Positions 1 to 12,879 are shown, counted from the stretch's first letter. The stretch: DNA of 64,000 nucleotides from Eledone cirrhosa (GCA_964016885.1 OZ024761.1:1984001-2048000); one strand, 5' to 3'. Notes: generated by a model not told the origin, from the letters alone. Numbers and translations are program-made.

Positions 1-716
1 GCCAGTTCGGGATAAACTCTACAGGCATGGAGGTGCCGTCAGCCGGGCATGTTCGAGATGCGCGCAGGGCGACGAAACCGTCCTGCACGCACTCGTCCAG
101 TGTGCTGGCATTGCTGACTTGTGGGTTTATGTCGAACACCTGCTGTCACGTGTAGGACGGATCCAGCTATCAGCTGAGTCTATCGTGAGGATTGCCCCGC
201 CCTCTACCTTTAGCCTGGAAGGGCAGGCAGTTTTTATCTGTCTGGTGGCCATGGCGAAAGAGATAGTATGGTGGACACGTTTGAAAGGGCTGAAGACGAG
301 CACTAACCTCTTCGGTGATGCCCTGATTAACTTTTTCAAATTTCATTTGAAAAGGAAAATCAGGGTAGAGGGGGAAGTGCTCTCTTCCCAGCATTTTGTT
401 GAAAGATGGGTGAGAGAGGCAAGAATGGCCCGAGTGAATGGGCCTACTCTGAGTATGTGTCTGTAAATTAAAGGTGGAAAACTGGGAGAGGGCACTTGCC
501 CTGGTGGTCAGGGTCACTGTGGTCTTTTAATGGGCTTTCTCCACAAATGTCTCTCGGAAGTCTCCCCCCCCCCCCCCCTATTGGGGAATTTTTCTTTGTT
601 ATTTTATTACATCCTCTGTTTTTTTACACGCAGAAATGCCCATTTGTACCGTCCTGTATTGTCCTGTACTGTCCTTAATGTCTACTTTATGTAAACCCTT
701 GTGGTTAATAAAGAAA
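1..716 (+). mobile_element. 3' fragment of an L1/Tx1-like non-LTR retrotransposon
   Basis: C-terminal C..C...ETVLHALVQC zinc-knuckle-like segment leads into ORF 119-466, followed by a 3' UTR ending AATAAAGAAA. Homologous to ORF 13238-13573 (-) and a small relic near 46470-46660. Confidence 0.7.
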
Positions 717-845
717 TCATTATTATTGTTATCGAGGTTGACTTTGCCTTTCATCCTTACGGGGTCGATAAAATAAAGTACCAGTAATGCACTGGGTAAT
801 TGCTGGCCTTGTGCCTAAAGTAGAAACAATTATTATTATTATTAT

Positions 846-2280
846 TACAGTTGCATTTATCTTGCTTTATGTTCATACGAGTTATCACCAAGTCACAACC
901 AGTGACCTCAAGAGACAACAAGGTCTGCCATGTTCAAGAAAGAACATACATACTCACACATGCATCTTTAGTGTTTAGACTTGTGATGTACTTATATTGA
1001 CAGAATCTTCCTTAGTATATGGGCAGTTCCCATTAGTACTATCTTTTGTATTTCTCCTATACGCGGGTTTCCTGGGATTTGCGATATGTAATCATTAGAC
1101 CCCTTAGGTATCATTCCCAGAGCGCCTACAACCACTGGTATTGTTTTAGTTCTCAATTTCCACATTTTTCCAATTTCTATCTCCAGGTCCTTATACTTGC
1201 TCAATTTTTCAAATGTTTTTATAGATACATTCTTGTCTATTGGAACAGACATATCAATTAGCAGGCATACCCTCTTTTGAAAGTCTTTCAATATTATATC
1301 AGGTCTGTTTGCATCTATTTTTCGGTCTGTTTGGATGCTAAAGTTCCACAAGATTGAGATGTGATCTTTTTCAAGTATGGGAGGTGGTTGATGCTCCCAC
1401 CAATTCTTTTGATGGGGCAGGTCAAAATGCTTACACATTATCCAATGTATGTATTGTGCAGCTCTGTCATGCCTGTTTAGGTATTCGGTTGGAGCTATAG
1501 GACTGCACATTGAAATTATATGGTCAATGGTCTCTGGTTGTTTTTTGCATACACGGCATAATGGGCTGCACCCATTTTTTATTATGTTGGCTTGGTAATT
1601 TTTTGTTGGCAGACACTGATCTTGTGCCGATATAATCAGTCCTTCAGTCTCCGATTTCAGTCCAGAGGATGCCAACCACTGATGGGTTAAAGTTTTGTCA
1701 ACATCAGGATTGTTAGCTCGCTCTGGGTATTTTCCATACAGAGGCTTTTCTTGCCATTTCTTAGCCAGTTTCTGTAGCAGTTCTTTCTTTGCAGTTACTT
1801 TTACCTGCTTTGCTTTTTCTGTGTTTTCCATTTCAGCAGTAAATGGGACTTCTGAAATTTGTAGTCCATTACTGTATCTTTGTGCATCTTTTGTAATGGA
1901 ATATGATCTTTTGATGCTTTCGTGTTTCAAAACGAGTTTGATCATCTAATCATGTGATTCCCTTAGATATGTAGATAATCCAATTGTTGCAGTTTTCAAC
2001 GCAATGTCTAACTGGATTAACCCACGTCCTCCTTCTTTCCTAGGGAGATATATTCTATCTATATCTGCTTTAGGGTGATGCATTCTGTGCATGGTTAAGA
2101 ATTTTCGAATTTTTGTATCGAGCCTACGGATCTCTGTGCTTGACCAGTTGATGACATTGTAACTGTAGGTTACTACTGGTATGGCAAGCGTGTTTATGGC
2201 ATCGATCCTATTCCTTGCATTCAATTCCGTTTTTAAGATTGCTCTCACTCTGCGGTAACATTCCTTCCTTATCCTTTCCC
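846..2280 (-). mobile_element. 5'-truncated R4/Dong-clade non-LTR retrotransposon (RT C-terminus, CCHC finger, restriction-like endonuclease)
   Basis: ORFs 1946-2248 and 992-1945 are in frame and separated by one TAG. Motifs CRVC..ETIDHIISMC, RHD, RPDII..IDMSVP..K..KY. (TTA)n on both flanks, matching the known TAA-repeat preference of Dong elements. Confidence 0.85.
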
Positions 2281-2311
2281 TTATTATTATTATTATTATT
2301 ATTATCTTTAG

Positions 2312-2439
2312 GGAAGGTTTAATCGATTACGTGACAGTGAATCTGGGATCAACCAATAAATTACAAGATGGACCTCAAACTATCAAAGCTTACAAAGTTA
2401 TTCTCCATTCGAATTACTCCAGATCTATATATACAATAA
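2312..2439 (+). CDS. S1A serine protease gene A, internal exon (equivalent to exon 3 of gene B)
   Basis: tttag|...|gtaagt, 128 bp. Encodes EGLIDYVTVNLGSTNKLQDGPQTIKAYKVILHSNYSRSIYTI. Same length and phases as exon 46779-46906. Upstream exons lie outside the window. Confidence 0.85.
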
Positions 2440-2454
2440 GTAAGTAGATATATC

Positions 2455-2675
2455 TTCCTTCTTACTTTGCTCCCCCTTTCTTTCCTTCTTCATTCTCTTC
2501 CTCCTTTCTTTCCTTCCTCCCTCCTTTCTTTCCTTCCTCCTTCTCTTCCTCCTTTCTTTCCTTCCTCCCTCTCTTCCTCCTTTCTTTCCTTCCCCCTCTC
2601 TTCCTCACTCCCTCCTTTCTTTCCTTCCTCCTTTCTCTCCTTACTCCCTCCCTCCCCTCTCCTCCGTTTTCTCTT
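2455..2675. repeat. CT-rich low-complexity tract
   Basis: (CCTT/CCT/CTT)n polypyrimidine run. Confidence 0.9.
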
Positions 2676-2875
2676 CTATGTTTGAGTATATACAGTATAT
2701 TTATGGGGTGAAATATTGCTTTACTTGAGTATATGTATTGTATATTTCTGGGTCTCACATTGAAGGTATATTTCTGGAGTTACACTTGAGTATAAGGGTA
2801 TATTTCTTGGGTCACATTACATATGAAGTGGTATTATACTTGAGTATATATGCGGCATATTTATGTTGATTCCAG

Positions 2876-3010
2876 AAAACGATATCGCTCTTTTGAAACT
2901 TGAAACACCTGTGAAGAATACAGATTGTGTGAAACCAGTTGCCATGGCTACAAAAACTGATGTCTTTGATCATGAAACTTGTATCATTGCTGGATGGGGA
3001 AGAACTGGCT
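2876..3010 (+). CDS. S1A serine protease gene A, exon with catalytic Asp102
   Basis: ttccag|...|gtaagt, 135 bp. Encodes NDIALLKLETPVKNTDCVKPVAMATKTDVFDHETCIIAGWGRTG. Confidence 0.93.
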
Positions 3011-3127
3011 GTAAGTGAGATTTTCACTTTTTCTATGTTTTATTTATTTATTTATTCATCATCATCATCATCATCATTATTATTAAGGATGTAAATTATG
3101 TTTTCACTTTTTCTGTTTTATTTATTC

Positions 3128-3176
<49 letters not shown>

Positions 3177-3990
3177 TTCTTGGAGTCTCAGTCATTGATG
3201 TTATTTAACGGGAAAGTTTGTTGAAATGAACATCAAGCCGGTACCTGCAGCCTCAGATATTCAGGAGGGTTCTTGCTGTTCCCAGAAAGCAAGCATTTTG
3301 AAGTGTTCCAAAAAGCGGGGCTGGACTAATCTTCTTTAACCATCCTTGGAAACTCTTTGAGATAGTACCTAGTGCTCCTATGACTATCAGGATGACCTTG
3401 ATTTTTTAACTCCCAATTTAAGTTCTGGTATCGGTTAATTTTCTCCCTCTCTTTTTCTTGCACTCTCGTGTCAAATGGGCAGGCTACATCTACAATCAGG
3501 CACGATCTTTTTTCCTTGTCCCAAACCACCAGGTCAGGCTTATTGTGTTCTAATTTCTTGTTCGTCTGTATCCTGAAATCCCATAACACCTTCACTTGAT
3601 CGTTTTCTATCATCGACTCTGGCTTATGCTCATACCTCTTCTCAGAATGTGGTAAATTGTTTACTTTGCATAAATGCCAGTGGATCACCCTGCCCATCAT
3701 GTCTCCAGCTTTTATAGTGAGTCTGGGCTAGGTGTTTACACTCGGATACAATGTGAGCCAAAGTCTCCTCTCTATCCACAGATCCTACACAGTGAGCTAG
3801 CCTCCCCCTTGTAAATATGGTGTTCCACCCACTCCGTTCTGAGGGCCTGCTCTTGCGCAGCCATTAGCATTCCTTCTGTAGCTTTTTTAAGGTCTCCTCT
3901 TTTTAACCAGTTCCATGTCTGTGGATCTCTAAATTCAGTTTTCCTAAAGAAGGTACTATGAAGGGATTTTTCATGAAGGTTGGTCTTCCT
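3177..3990 (-). mobile_element. R4/Dong-clade element, 3' part (zinc finger and endonuclease), degenerate
   Basis: KATEGMLMAAQEQALRT, CRICG, LWDF, NKPDLVV..IVDVACPFD. Frameshifted; (TTA)n tail at about 3130-3176. Confidence 0.8.
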
Positions 3991-6855
3991 CATCATCATC
4001 ATCATTTTACGTCCGCTTTTCCCTGCTTGCCAGGGTGGCACGGGTCTTATTCAGCACAGCATCTCTCCACTTGTCACGGTCCTTCGTCATCTCACTGTGA
4101 GCTTCAGTGATCTGAGGTCTGTTCTCACCACCTCCGCCCATGTTTTTCGTGGTCTACCTCTACCACGTCTTCCTTCAACTGGCATTTCCTGACACTTCTT
4201 CACCCATCGGTCATCTTCCATGCGCATCACATGTCCATACCACCACAGTCTCCTCTCCCGTACACTACATTCTATCCCTCTCAGACACAGTTTCTCTCTC
4301 AACACATTCATGCTGGGTCGTTCACTCACATTGACATTGCACATCCAAAGGAGCATGCTTGCCTCATTTCTCTCCAGCCGTCGCATATCCTCTGCAGTTG
4401 CTGCCCATGTCTCACTACCATGCAACATCGCGCTCCTCACACAGGCATCATATAACCGGCCTTTCGAACGCAGGGAGAAACCCTTCTTCGTCAGCAGGGG
4501 AAGCAACTCCCTAAACTTCTTCCAACCCGTCCTTATTCTAAATACTATGGCCTCGGAACACCCCCTTCCCATGCTAATCTGATCTCCTAGGTACCGGAAA
4601 CTATCCTCTACTTCTATAGCACCCGCCTGCATTTGAAAAATGTGTCTATCAATGCGACTTCTACTATCTAATATCCCTGTACATCTACTGCATACGTATT
4701 TCTCCCTACCTGTTAGTTTGCCTGCAATCCCGCTACATCTCTTGTGTACCCAGGATCTGCATTGTGTGCATTTTATAGAATTTATGCCAGTTCCTTTTCT
4801 GCATATCGAACATGGCCATTTCCCTGACGGAATCAGAGTTTTGTCCTCTTTTCTACTCATCAACACTTTTGTCTTAGCTAGGTTCACTCTCAGTCCTCTT
4901 GCTTCCAACTGCTGTTTCCATAGCTAGAATTTATTCTCTAGCTCCTCTACTGATTCTGCTATAAGAACCAGATCGTCAGCATAGAGAAGTTCCCATGGAC
5001 AGCCAGTCTTAAACTCCTCTGTTATGGCTTGGAGGACTATAATGAACAAGGGCGGGCTGAGGACCGAACCTTGATGTACTCCTACTTGTACCTGGAATTC
5101 CTCACTAAACTCCATTCCTACTCTGACTTTACTGAGAGTACCTCTGTACAAAGTTTGCACTGTCCTCACATGCAGCCTTACCATTTTTCATTTCCTTAAT
5201 CGCCTCTTGGACCCTATATTCGTCAATCTCAAAAGCTGGTCCCTCTGTCGGATCTACTGAGGGTAATTTCTCTCTCTCCCATTCGTTCTCCATATTCACC
5301 AGTCTCTCATAATGACATTTCCAGGCCTCCTTTCTCTGATCATTTGTGACACTAAGTACACTGGCATCATTCCGGACATATTTATCTCCAACAACATCCT
5401 GATTTGCATTGACACACTGCCTTGCAATGTGGAACACCGCACGCCTCTGATCTTCTCGTCACAGAACATTGGCAAACCTCCTACTCTCAGCCTCCCTGCG
5501 TGCTAAGTACACCTGACGTCTAGCTTCTCTCTTAGCGGCTGTATATCCTTCCCTACTCCCACCCTTTTCCCAAGCCTTCCATGCTAGTCTTTTGTCTCTA
5601 ATGGCCTTATCTACTGTGCTGTTCCACCACCAGGTCACTCTCTGTCTGGTTGGAGCTCTGCTCCAGCCACAGGTTTCATCAGTAGCCTGCAGTAAGTTGT
5701 CACGTAAGAAATTCCAGTTATTATCTATGTCATACGTCTCTAATTCGTCTTCTTTTTCGTCATACACATCTTGGAGGGCTTTCCTAAATTTGTATTTTAA
5801 TGAAAGGTCTTTTAGCTTCCAGACCTTTCTTCTCCACACCTTCCCGTATGTCTCATTCCATCTCTTCCTTACTGAGATATCACTAACGACTAACCTATGC
5901 TGTGGGGTACATTCTTCCCCAGGGTATGCCTTGGGATTAAACACTATCTGCCTGTACCTCTGCCTAACTAGTAAGAAGTCAATCTGGCTTATGTGCTCGC
6001 CAGATTTGTAGGTTATTAGGTGGTTGGCAGGTTTCTGGAAGTTAGTGTGGCAAATAGTCAGTCTACTTGCATCACAAAATTCAAGGAGTTTCACTCCTTC
6101 TTCATTTCTTGAGCCGTAACCGTACCCACCATGTACCCCAGTGTAACCATCCTGTAGCTGTCCAACATGACCATTGAAGTCCCCTGCTAGCATAACGATG
6201 TCTCCGTCCTCTGTCATTGCGGTTGTTTGTAAAAGTTGCTCGTAAAAGCAGTCTTTCTCTTCTTTGCCTAGGCCTGCTTGGGGAGCATAGGCAGAGATGA
6301 TTGTCAGTAGTCTCCTGCCTACAACTAATCTAAGCTTAATTATTCGATCACTAACTCGAACTACCTCTATTGTCTTATTGATCCATCTCTCAGCCAAGAA
6401 AATACCTACTCCCCCTAACCTATAATCCTTACCTACCCAGAAAAGCTTATAGCTAAGATGTTTGCCTACGACTAGTCTCGCAGAGGCACCTCTCCATCTC
6501 ACCTCTTGCACGCAGCACACATCCACATACCTTCTCTCCAGCATCTCCGCTATTTCAGCAGATCTACCTATGAGAGTGCCAACATTAAGTGTTGCAACCC
6601 TGAGACGCGACGACTTCATATTTTGTTGTTCCTATCTTACTTGTTGCTGTGCTGATAATCGTTTTGGCATTGATACAGTGGTTGGATGCCCTTCCTAACA
6701 CCAACGCCACTTTACAGCATGGACTGGGTGCTTTTATTTGTGCCACCAGAACTAGGGAGGATGTCTTACTAGACTCAAGGTCCCTCTCTACCCCTCCATT
6801 TTACAGCAAGATCATAAAAAACAACAAAAAAATAACACTTATTGACACTCACGGC
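3991..6855 (-). mobile_element. RTE-clade LINE, near full length with an internal deletion (APE endonuclease and RT)
   Basis: ORF 5459-6619 has ATLNVGTL, VQEVRW, SAYAPQ, GDFNGHVG, SQIDF. RT has GVHQGSVLSP and LLYADD. C-terminus WYGHVMR/GRPRKTW. (GAT)n tail at 3991-4003. Confidence 0.92.
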
Positions 6856-6941
6856 ACACACACACACACACACACACACTCACTCACACACCAACACTCA
6901 TGCATACAAACTACAAACACACACGTCACTCACACACACAA

Positions 6942-7001
<60 letters not shown>

Positions 7002-7309
7002 CCGTCAGTACTGATACAAAATCAAAATCATGTCAACTGTTGACTTTTCTAGTCCAGTTCAGATTTTATATAACAATAATAATAATTGTTTGCTTTACAG
7101 CAAAGAGCAACGGCTCTGCACTCTCCGGGCCCCAAAACAAGGCACCAGCAATGCGCGGGGACAATCGCTGCCTCGAGCCAAGAACAGAATAGTTATTTAG
7201 TATTATTATTATAGTTGTCGATAAAATAAAGTACCAGTAATGCACTGGGTAATTGCTAGCCTTGTGTCTAAAGTAGAAACAATTATTATAGTTGTTTTTA
7301 AGGCCTGGT

Positions 7310-8130
7310 CGCTGGTGATGGTGGTGATGGTGGATGGTGTCAGTGACGGTGATGGTGGTAGTGGTGGATGGTGTCAGTGATGCTGATGGTGGAGGAGGTG
7401 GATGGTGCCAGTGATGGTGGTGTTGGTGGTGAATGGTGTCAGTGATAGTGAAGGTGGTGGTGGATGGTGCCAGTGATGGTGGTGGTAGTGGATGGTGTCG
7501 GTGATGGTGGTGGTGGTAGTGGTGGATGGTGTCAGTGATGGTGATGGTGGTGGTGGTGGATGGTGACAGTGATGGTGGTGGTGGTGGTGAAGGTGGTGGA
7601 TGGTGACAGTGATGGTGACGATGGTGGTGGTGGTGGATGGTGACAGTGATGGTGGTGGTGGTAGTAGTGGTGGTGGTGAAGGTGGTGGATAGTGTCAGTG
7701 ATGGTGGTGGTGGTGGATGGTGACAGTGATGGTGGTGGATAATGCCAGTGATGGTGGTGGTGGTGCTTGTGGTGGCGGTAGATGGTGCCAGTGATGGTGG
7801 TGGCAGTTGTTGTTGTTGTGGTTGTTATTGTTGTAGTTGCTGTTGCTGTTGTTGTTGTTGCTGCTGCCGTTGTTGTTGTTCATTTCACTGATGCTGCTGC
7901 TGCAGACAATGGAGCTGTTGCTGTTGCTGTTGCTGTTGTTGTAGTCGCTGGGTTGAAATTTTGAAATTTTGTTCGCTTCGCTTGTGTGATATATACACAT
8001 ACATATATATATACATACACACATATATATATACATACATACACACACATTCAACACAGACAATGGTGTTGTTGCTGTTGTTGTTGTTGCTGTCGCTGTT
8101 GTTGTAGTTGCTGTTGTTGTTGTAGTTGTT
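7310..8130. repeat. GGT/GAT-rich degenerate minisatellite followed by (GTT/GCT)n and (TA/CA)n microsatellites
   Basis: Recurrent GTGGTGGATGGTGTCAGTGATG units, then trinucleotide runs. Confidence 0.85.
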
Positions 8131-8179
8131 GCTGTGTTGAAATCTGGTCGCATCCACTGAGATATATATATACATATAT

Positions 8180-8244
<65 letters not shown>

Positions 8245-8649
8245 CATACATCAAAGGAGTTAGCAGTTTGTCAACAGGTCAGCCACCTTAGATAGGGTAA
8301 TGACTTATGTGGTGGTGAGGAGCGAGTGTAGAAGTTATTGTGGTGGTGGGGGGCAGTGAGGTGTACAAGTTCATAGTTCACTTGTCCCTTTTCCTCTCTT
8401 TTCAAAATTTGAATTTATGGCCATTTTGCCATGGCGGACAAGTAAGCGTAAAATGTAAAATTTTTGAAATAGAGATTGCCCTGGAAGAATATATGGAATA
8501 TTTCTGTAGCTTCCACAGCTTTTGTCAGAACATTCCCGGCGTCCAATGAGCAAAATTTGTGTTGTATTTTGGTCTTTCAGAATACGAAAATTAGTAAAAA
8601 CCTTACCCCCCCCCCCACAAAAAACCGTGTGTTGTCCTATCTATGAGCT

Positions 8650-9600
8650 CCCCTTGTTGTTATTTCCTCCTTGGACCTCCCTTGGTCTATTGTCTTCTCC
8701 TTCAGTACAATTTTGAACATTGGCTCCCTATTGTCAGTCACGTATTTGTGCAGGTTGTTTTTCTCCATCTGAACACAGTCCTCTATGCTGATAAGACCTC
8801 TTCCACCTTCAAATCTCTTTAAGTAGAGTCTATCGACATCACTCCTCTCGTGGAACATGTTGTAGATAGTCAATAGCTTCCTAGTCTTCCTATCCATTTC
8901 TTTTTGTTCAGCAACATTCTATTTCAGAATTCCCGCACTGTACCTAATAATAGACACAGCTCGGGAATTCACTGCACTTATGACATTCCTACTATTTAGA
9001 TGTGATTTTAATACGCTCCTTACTCTCCTTATGTACTCAGATCTTATCAATTCCTTCATTTTTTTGTTCTTGATGTCATCAGCCTCCAGAACACCTAAAT
9101 ATTTGTATCCTTCTTCAGTGTCAATTTCCTTTATCATCTCACCTGTTGGTACCTGGATTCCGTTGCTTCTGCTCAATTTATCCCTCTTCATCACTAGAAC
9201 TCCACACTTACTAATACCAAATTCCATACATATATCATTGCTGAAAATACAGACAGTGTCAACAAGTACATCCAACTCCTTCTCACTCTTCCCAAAGAGT
9301 TTAAGATCGTCCATGAAGAGGAGGTGGTTGATAGTAAGCTCTCCTTTTCCCAACTTGTATCCTGCTCTCACTTTTCGCAATATAACAGTCAGGGATATCA
9401 GGGCAAGGACAAACAGCAGAGGGGACAAACTATCTCCCTGGAAGATACCTCTCTTGATCTTCACGCCTCCCAAGGATTCTCCACCCGATGTTAACTCTGT
9501 TTCCCAGGACTTCATACTTTTGCTCAAAAACTGTCTGATGTTATCTGCCACCTAGGCTTTTGGTTATCCAAGAATGAGGTACCATGTTGAATGCCTTTTT
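8650..9600 (-). mobile_element. R4/Dong-clade element, RT part (continues into 3177-3990)
   Basis: RGIFQGDSLSPLLF, HLLFMDDLKL, YKYLG, RLYLKRFEGGRGL. (TTA)n beyond 9600. Confidence 0.85.
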
Positions 9601-9629
9601 TATTATTATTATCATCATTATTATTATTA

Positions 9630-9960
9630 GTTGCAGCCCTTTATGATCTGAATTCAAATCCCGCCGAGGTTAACTTTGCCTTTCATCCTTACGGGGGTCG
9701 ATAAAATAAAGAACCAGTAATGCACTGGGATAATTGCTGGCCTTGTGCCAAAAGTAGAAACAATTATTAATATTCAGTTTGTTTACAAGTAAACAATCTC
9801 ATAAACACCACGTGGTAGATGACAAGGTCAATTTTATCAACTTTCCCCCTCTCCCAAAATTGTTGACCTTGTGCCTATATTAGAAACCATTATAATTATT
9901 AAGGGTGAGTAATGTACTGGGATAATTTCTGGCCTTGTACCAATAGTAGAAACAATTATA
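9630..9960 (+). mobile_element. tRNA-derived SINE copies (abundant family in this window)
   Basis: B-box-like TTCAAATCC followed by CTTTGCCTTTCATCCTTACGGGGTCGATAAAATAAAG..CCAG and the tail GGCCTTGTGCC..AAGTAGAAACAATTA. Partial copies also at about 730-835 and 7215-7290. Confidence 0.75.
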
Positions 9961-10367
9961 ATTATTAAGGGTGAGGAACTGTTAGCGTCAATAGAACGTT
10001 GGACAACATGCTTTGCAGCATATAGTTACGTCCTTTTATGTTCTGAGTTCAAAAGAATAAAAGAAAGAATAAAGAATTTATTATTGTTTTAATTTAATCT
10101 TTCACTGGTTTCAGCCATTAGACTCTGACCATGCTGGGGCACTATTGACACCCCAGTAATTGTTCTTCTCAAGTCTAGTATTTACTTTATCGATCTCTTT
10201 GTGTCAAATTGTTCAGTCCTTTTAAATGTTTTTTTTTTATTTTTAATGCATTTATTTTATTTTATATTTTCATTTTCATTTTCATTTTCAATCTTCCAAA
10301 ATCTCTCACCAAACCAAACTAAACCAAATAAAAACAAACCTGTAAAACCCACTTGTGTTCCAACCAG

Positions 10368-10513
10368 TGAAAAAGGCCAGCTCTGATGTCCTTCTCAAGG
10401 CTTTTGTTCCCATTATCCCAACTAAAGAATGTAAAAATCAATCTTCACTGAATATTTCAACAGGGTCTATATGTGCCGGTGACTTTGTTCCAGGTGGCGT
10501 CAGTATATGCAAG
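10368..10513 (+). CDS. S1A serine protease gene A, penultimate exon
   Basis: accag|...|gtaata, 146 bp. Encodes KKASSDVLLKAFVPIIPTKECKNQSSLNISTGSICAGDFVPGGVSICK. Same size and phase as 49845-49990. Confidence 0.93.
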
Positions 10514-10640
10514 GTAATATATCTCTATTTTACTGTTAGTTGTTGATAGTGTCAATGCTGGAAACACATGGTCTAAGATCACAGGTTCAATTCCTAGACC
10601 AGGCATTCTTAATACATTGACTTCCATATGTCCCACTGGA

Positions 10641-10842
10641 GGTTCAAGGTGGTATGTTTTTAGAAGTCACAAGGCCATCAGGTAGGTCATAGGGTCAAGG
10701 TGATATGCCTTTAGAAGTCACAAGGCCATCAGGTAAGTCATAGGGTCAAGGTGATATGTCTTTAGAAGTCACACGACCATCCAATAGGTCATAGGGTCAA
10801 GGTGATATGTCTTTAGAAGTCACACGACCATCCAATGGGTCA
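10641..10842. repeat. 51-bp tandem repeat, about 4 copies
   Basis: GGGTCAAGGTGATATG..TTTAGAAGTCAC recurs at 10641, 10692, 10743 and 10794. Confidence 0.9.
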
Positions 10843-12254
10843 TTCTTTATGTTTGTTATAAATCTTTTTAGTTATATCTCTAAAACTTTATAGATAACTC
10901 ATGGATGAGTGATGTGTGGCCTCGAGTTGTAATATAAACTTAGGTATCAAATGATTGATTAAGTATGGGATCTTTGCCTCTCCTATAATATAGTAAAAAA
11001 TAGATCACTCTTTGTGATAGTTGCTCTCCTATAATATAGTAAAAAGAAATATTATGGCATTCGTGCAGAGTAGGGGTGGGGGCAAAAGATGCGATCACCC
11101 AGAACAGGTGGTGTGAGCATCCAACAAAAGAGTCACACAGGGTTCTCCAGTCAATAAAGCTACTGAGCATAACACCAACTTAGATTTTTTGAAGTTTTTA
11201 TCCAAAATCTGCGTCCAGTTTTTTGCCAAGATCAAAAGACTAAGAAATTAATAAACCTAAAATTTGATGTTCAGACAAAGACAGGAAGCAATGTCATGTC
11301 TACTCATCTGTAGATTAATACATCATTCAAGTTAACATTGGTGAAGTGTCATTTTTACACTCATGATGTTCATGTCATGTTACATCTGATTTTACATATA
11401 TAAAATGTCATCCTTGCTCACATTTCTCAGTACTAGGCCTTATACTTAAGTTTTAGGGGCATATAATGAAGGAGTTGGCCCCAGAGATCAGCAAATCTTT
11501 GCACAACACTATGATCATATTATAAATTATGAAACAATATTGGACCATCGGACAAAATGTGGATGAAGACTTGGGAATCAACATGTTAAGTATGGTGCTT
11601 CCTTTCATGCTGCTTTTCATGTCAGGACTGGGACTCTATTATTTAAAACTACTGAGAAACTTCTTATGAGATGCATTCTTATATGTAGCCAGATAGAGTG
11701 GCAAGAAACACTCAGGAGAGCTGGACAGCAGGTCTTCAGAGAAGAAACTCCTCCTCAAACGTTTCAGCCCTTAAATTGTTACATTCTAAGGGGGCCAGGC
11801 CGCATCCAGGTCATGACTCTTAGGTGCCCTTCTACTGACATTTAGCCATTCAGATATGGGAGATTTGTTGTGTATTTAAACTGTATGGAGATTTTGTTGA
11901 CAGGATCTAGCTGGAATTCCTTTCAATTTGCCTCTGCTTTCAAACTTATATTTAAATACTTTCTTGAGTTGGGAAAAATAATGTCTATCTTTAAATCTCT
12001 TGTGTTTCTATCTCTTTATATCTATTTTCACTTTCTACTCTTCCTTTCTCCCTCCCTATTTCCTTCTCTGGAAAAAATTGGCTGTGTTCAGGCCTGGAGA
12101 GGAAGTGACCTCTGATAGGTTTTTAAAAAAACAACCAAGAATAATATCACAACAGTGTCCCTATGACTCTGCCAGAAGTTACTGGTCCATACAAACTTCC
12201 CCAGTGTCTTTGTGTTTACTTCTTTTTGCACTGTCCTGAATGTCTTGGGTCAGT

Positions 12255-12490
12255 ATGGGCCAATGTGAACCGACATGGGCTGATGAAGGATTGATGTGGG
12301 CCGATGTGGGCTGATGAAGGGTTAACATGTGCCGATGTGGGCTGATGAAGGATTAACATGTGCCGATGTGGACCGATGAAGGATTGACATGTGCCGATGT
12401 GGGCTGATGAAGGATTAACATGTGCCGATGTGGACCGATGAAGGATTGACATGGGTCGATGTGGACCGATGTGAGCCAATGAAGGATTGA
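12255..12490. repeat. 31-bp tandem repeat, about 7 copies
   Basis: Unit CCGATGTGGGCTGATGAAGGATTAACATGTG. Confidence 0.9.
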
Positions 12491-12557
12491 GGGGGCGGCC
12501 AGATATAGGGACAGTTTCACCCATCTCATCCTTTCTTTTGTTTTGTTTTGTTCACAG

Positions 12558-12707
12558 GGAGATTCAGGTGGTCCTCTGTATTGTCCCCATGACAGTGGCA
12601 TGGTCATTGCAGGAGTGACATCCTATGGTGTCGACTGCCATAATGAGATGAGTGTCTTCACCAGTATTGCTTACTACAGAGACTGGCTTGACCAGAACAT
12701 GAACTGA
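12558..12707 (+). CDS. S1A serine protease gene A, last exon with catalytic Ser195
   Basis: cacag|GGAGATTCAGGTGGT... encodes GDSGGPLYCPHDSGMVIAGVTSYGVDCHNEMSVFTSIAYYRDWLDQNMN*. Confidence 0.95.
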   Translation, partial: GDSGGPLYCPHDSGMVIAGVTSYGVDCHNEMSVFTSIAYYRDWLDQNMN

Positions 12708-12786
12708 CCACCATCACTACTACAACTACTGCTGCTATATTGATACTACTACTGCAAATACTACTACTACCACCACCACCACCACC

Positions 12787-12864
<78 letters not shown>

Positions 12865-12873
12865 ACAATTCAT

Positions 12874-12879
12874 AATAAA
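12874..12879 (+). terminator. Probable polyadenylation signal of gene A
   Basis: AATAAA about 170 nt after the stop, beyond an (ACT)(ACC)(AAT) trinucleotide 3' UTR tract. Confidence 0.5.

Noticed and set aside
4220-9555. Long plus-strand ORFs over the LINEs (for example 5592-6011 and 8980-9555)
   Set aside because: They are antisense shadows of RT and endonuclease coding sequence.
10715-10740. Perfect CAGGTAAGT donor in the 51-bp repeat as an alternative exon
   Set aside because: There is no compatible acceptor or reading frame, and the upstream donor at 10514 matches the paralog's structure.
12255-12490. Repeated CTGATGA as a hammerhead array or C/D-box RNA
   Set aside because: There is no GAAA half-core and no closing stems. 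It is a simple 31-bp minisatellite.
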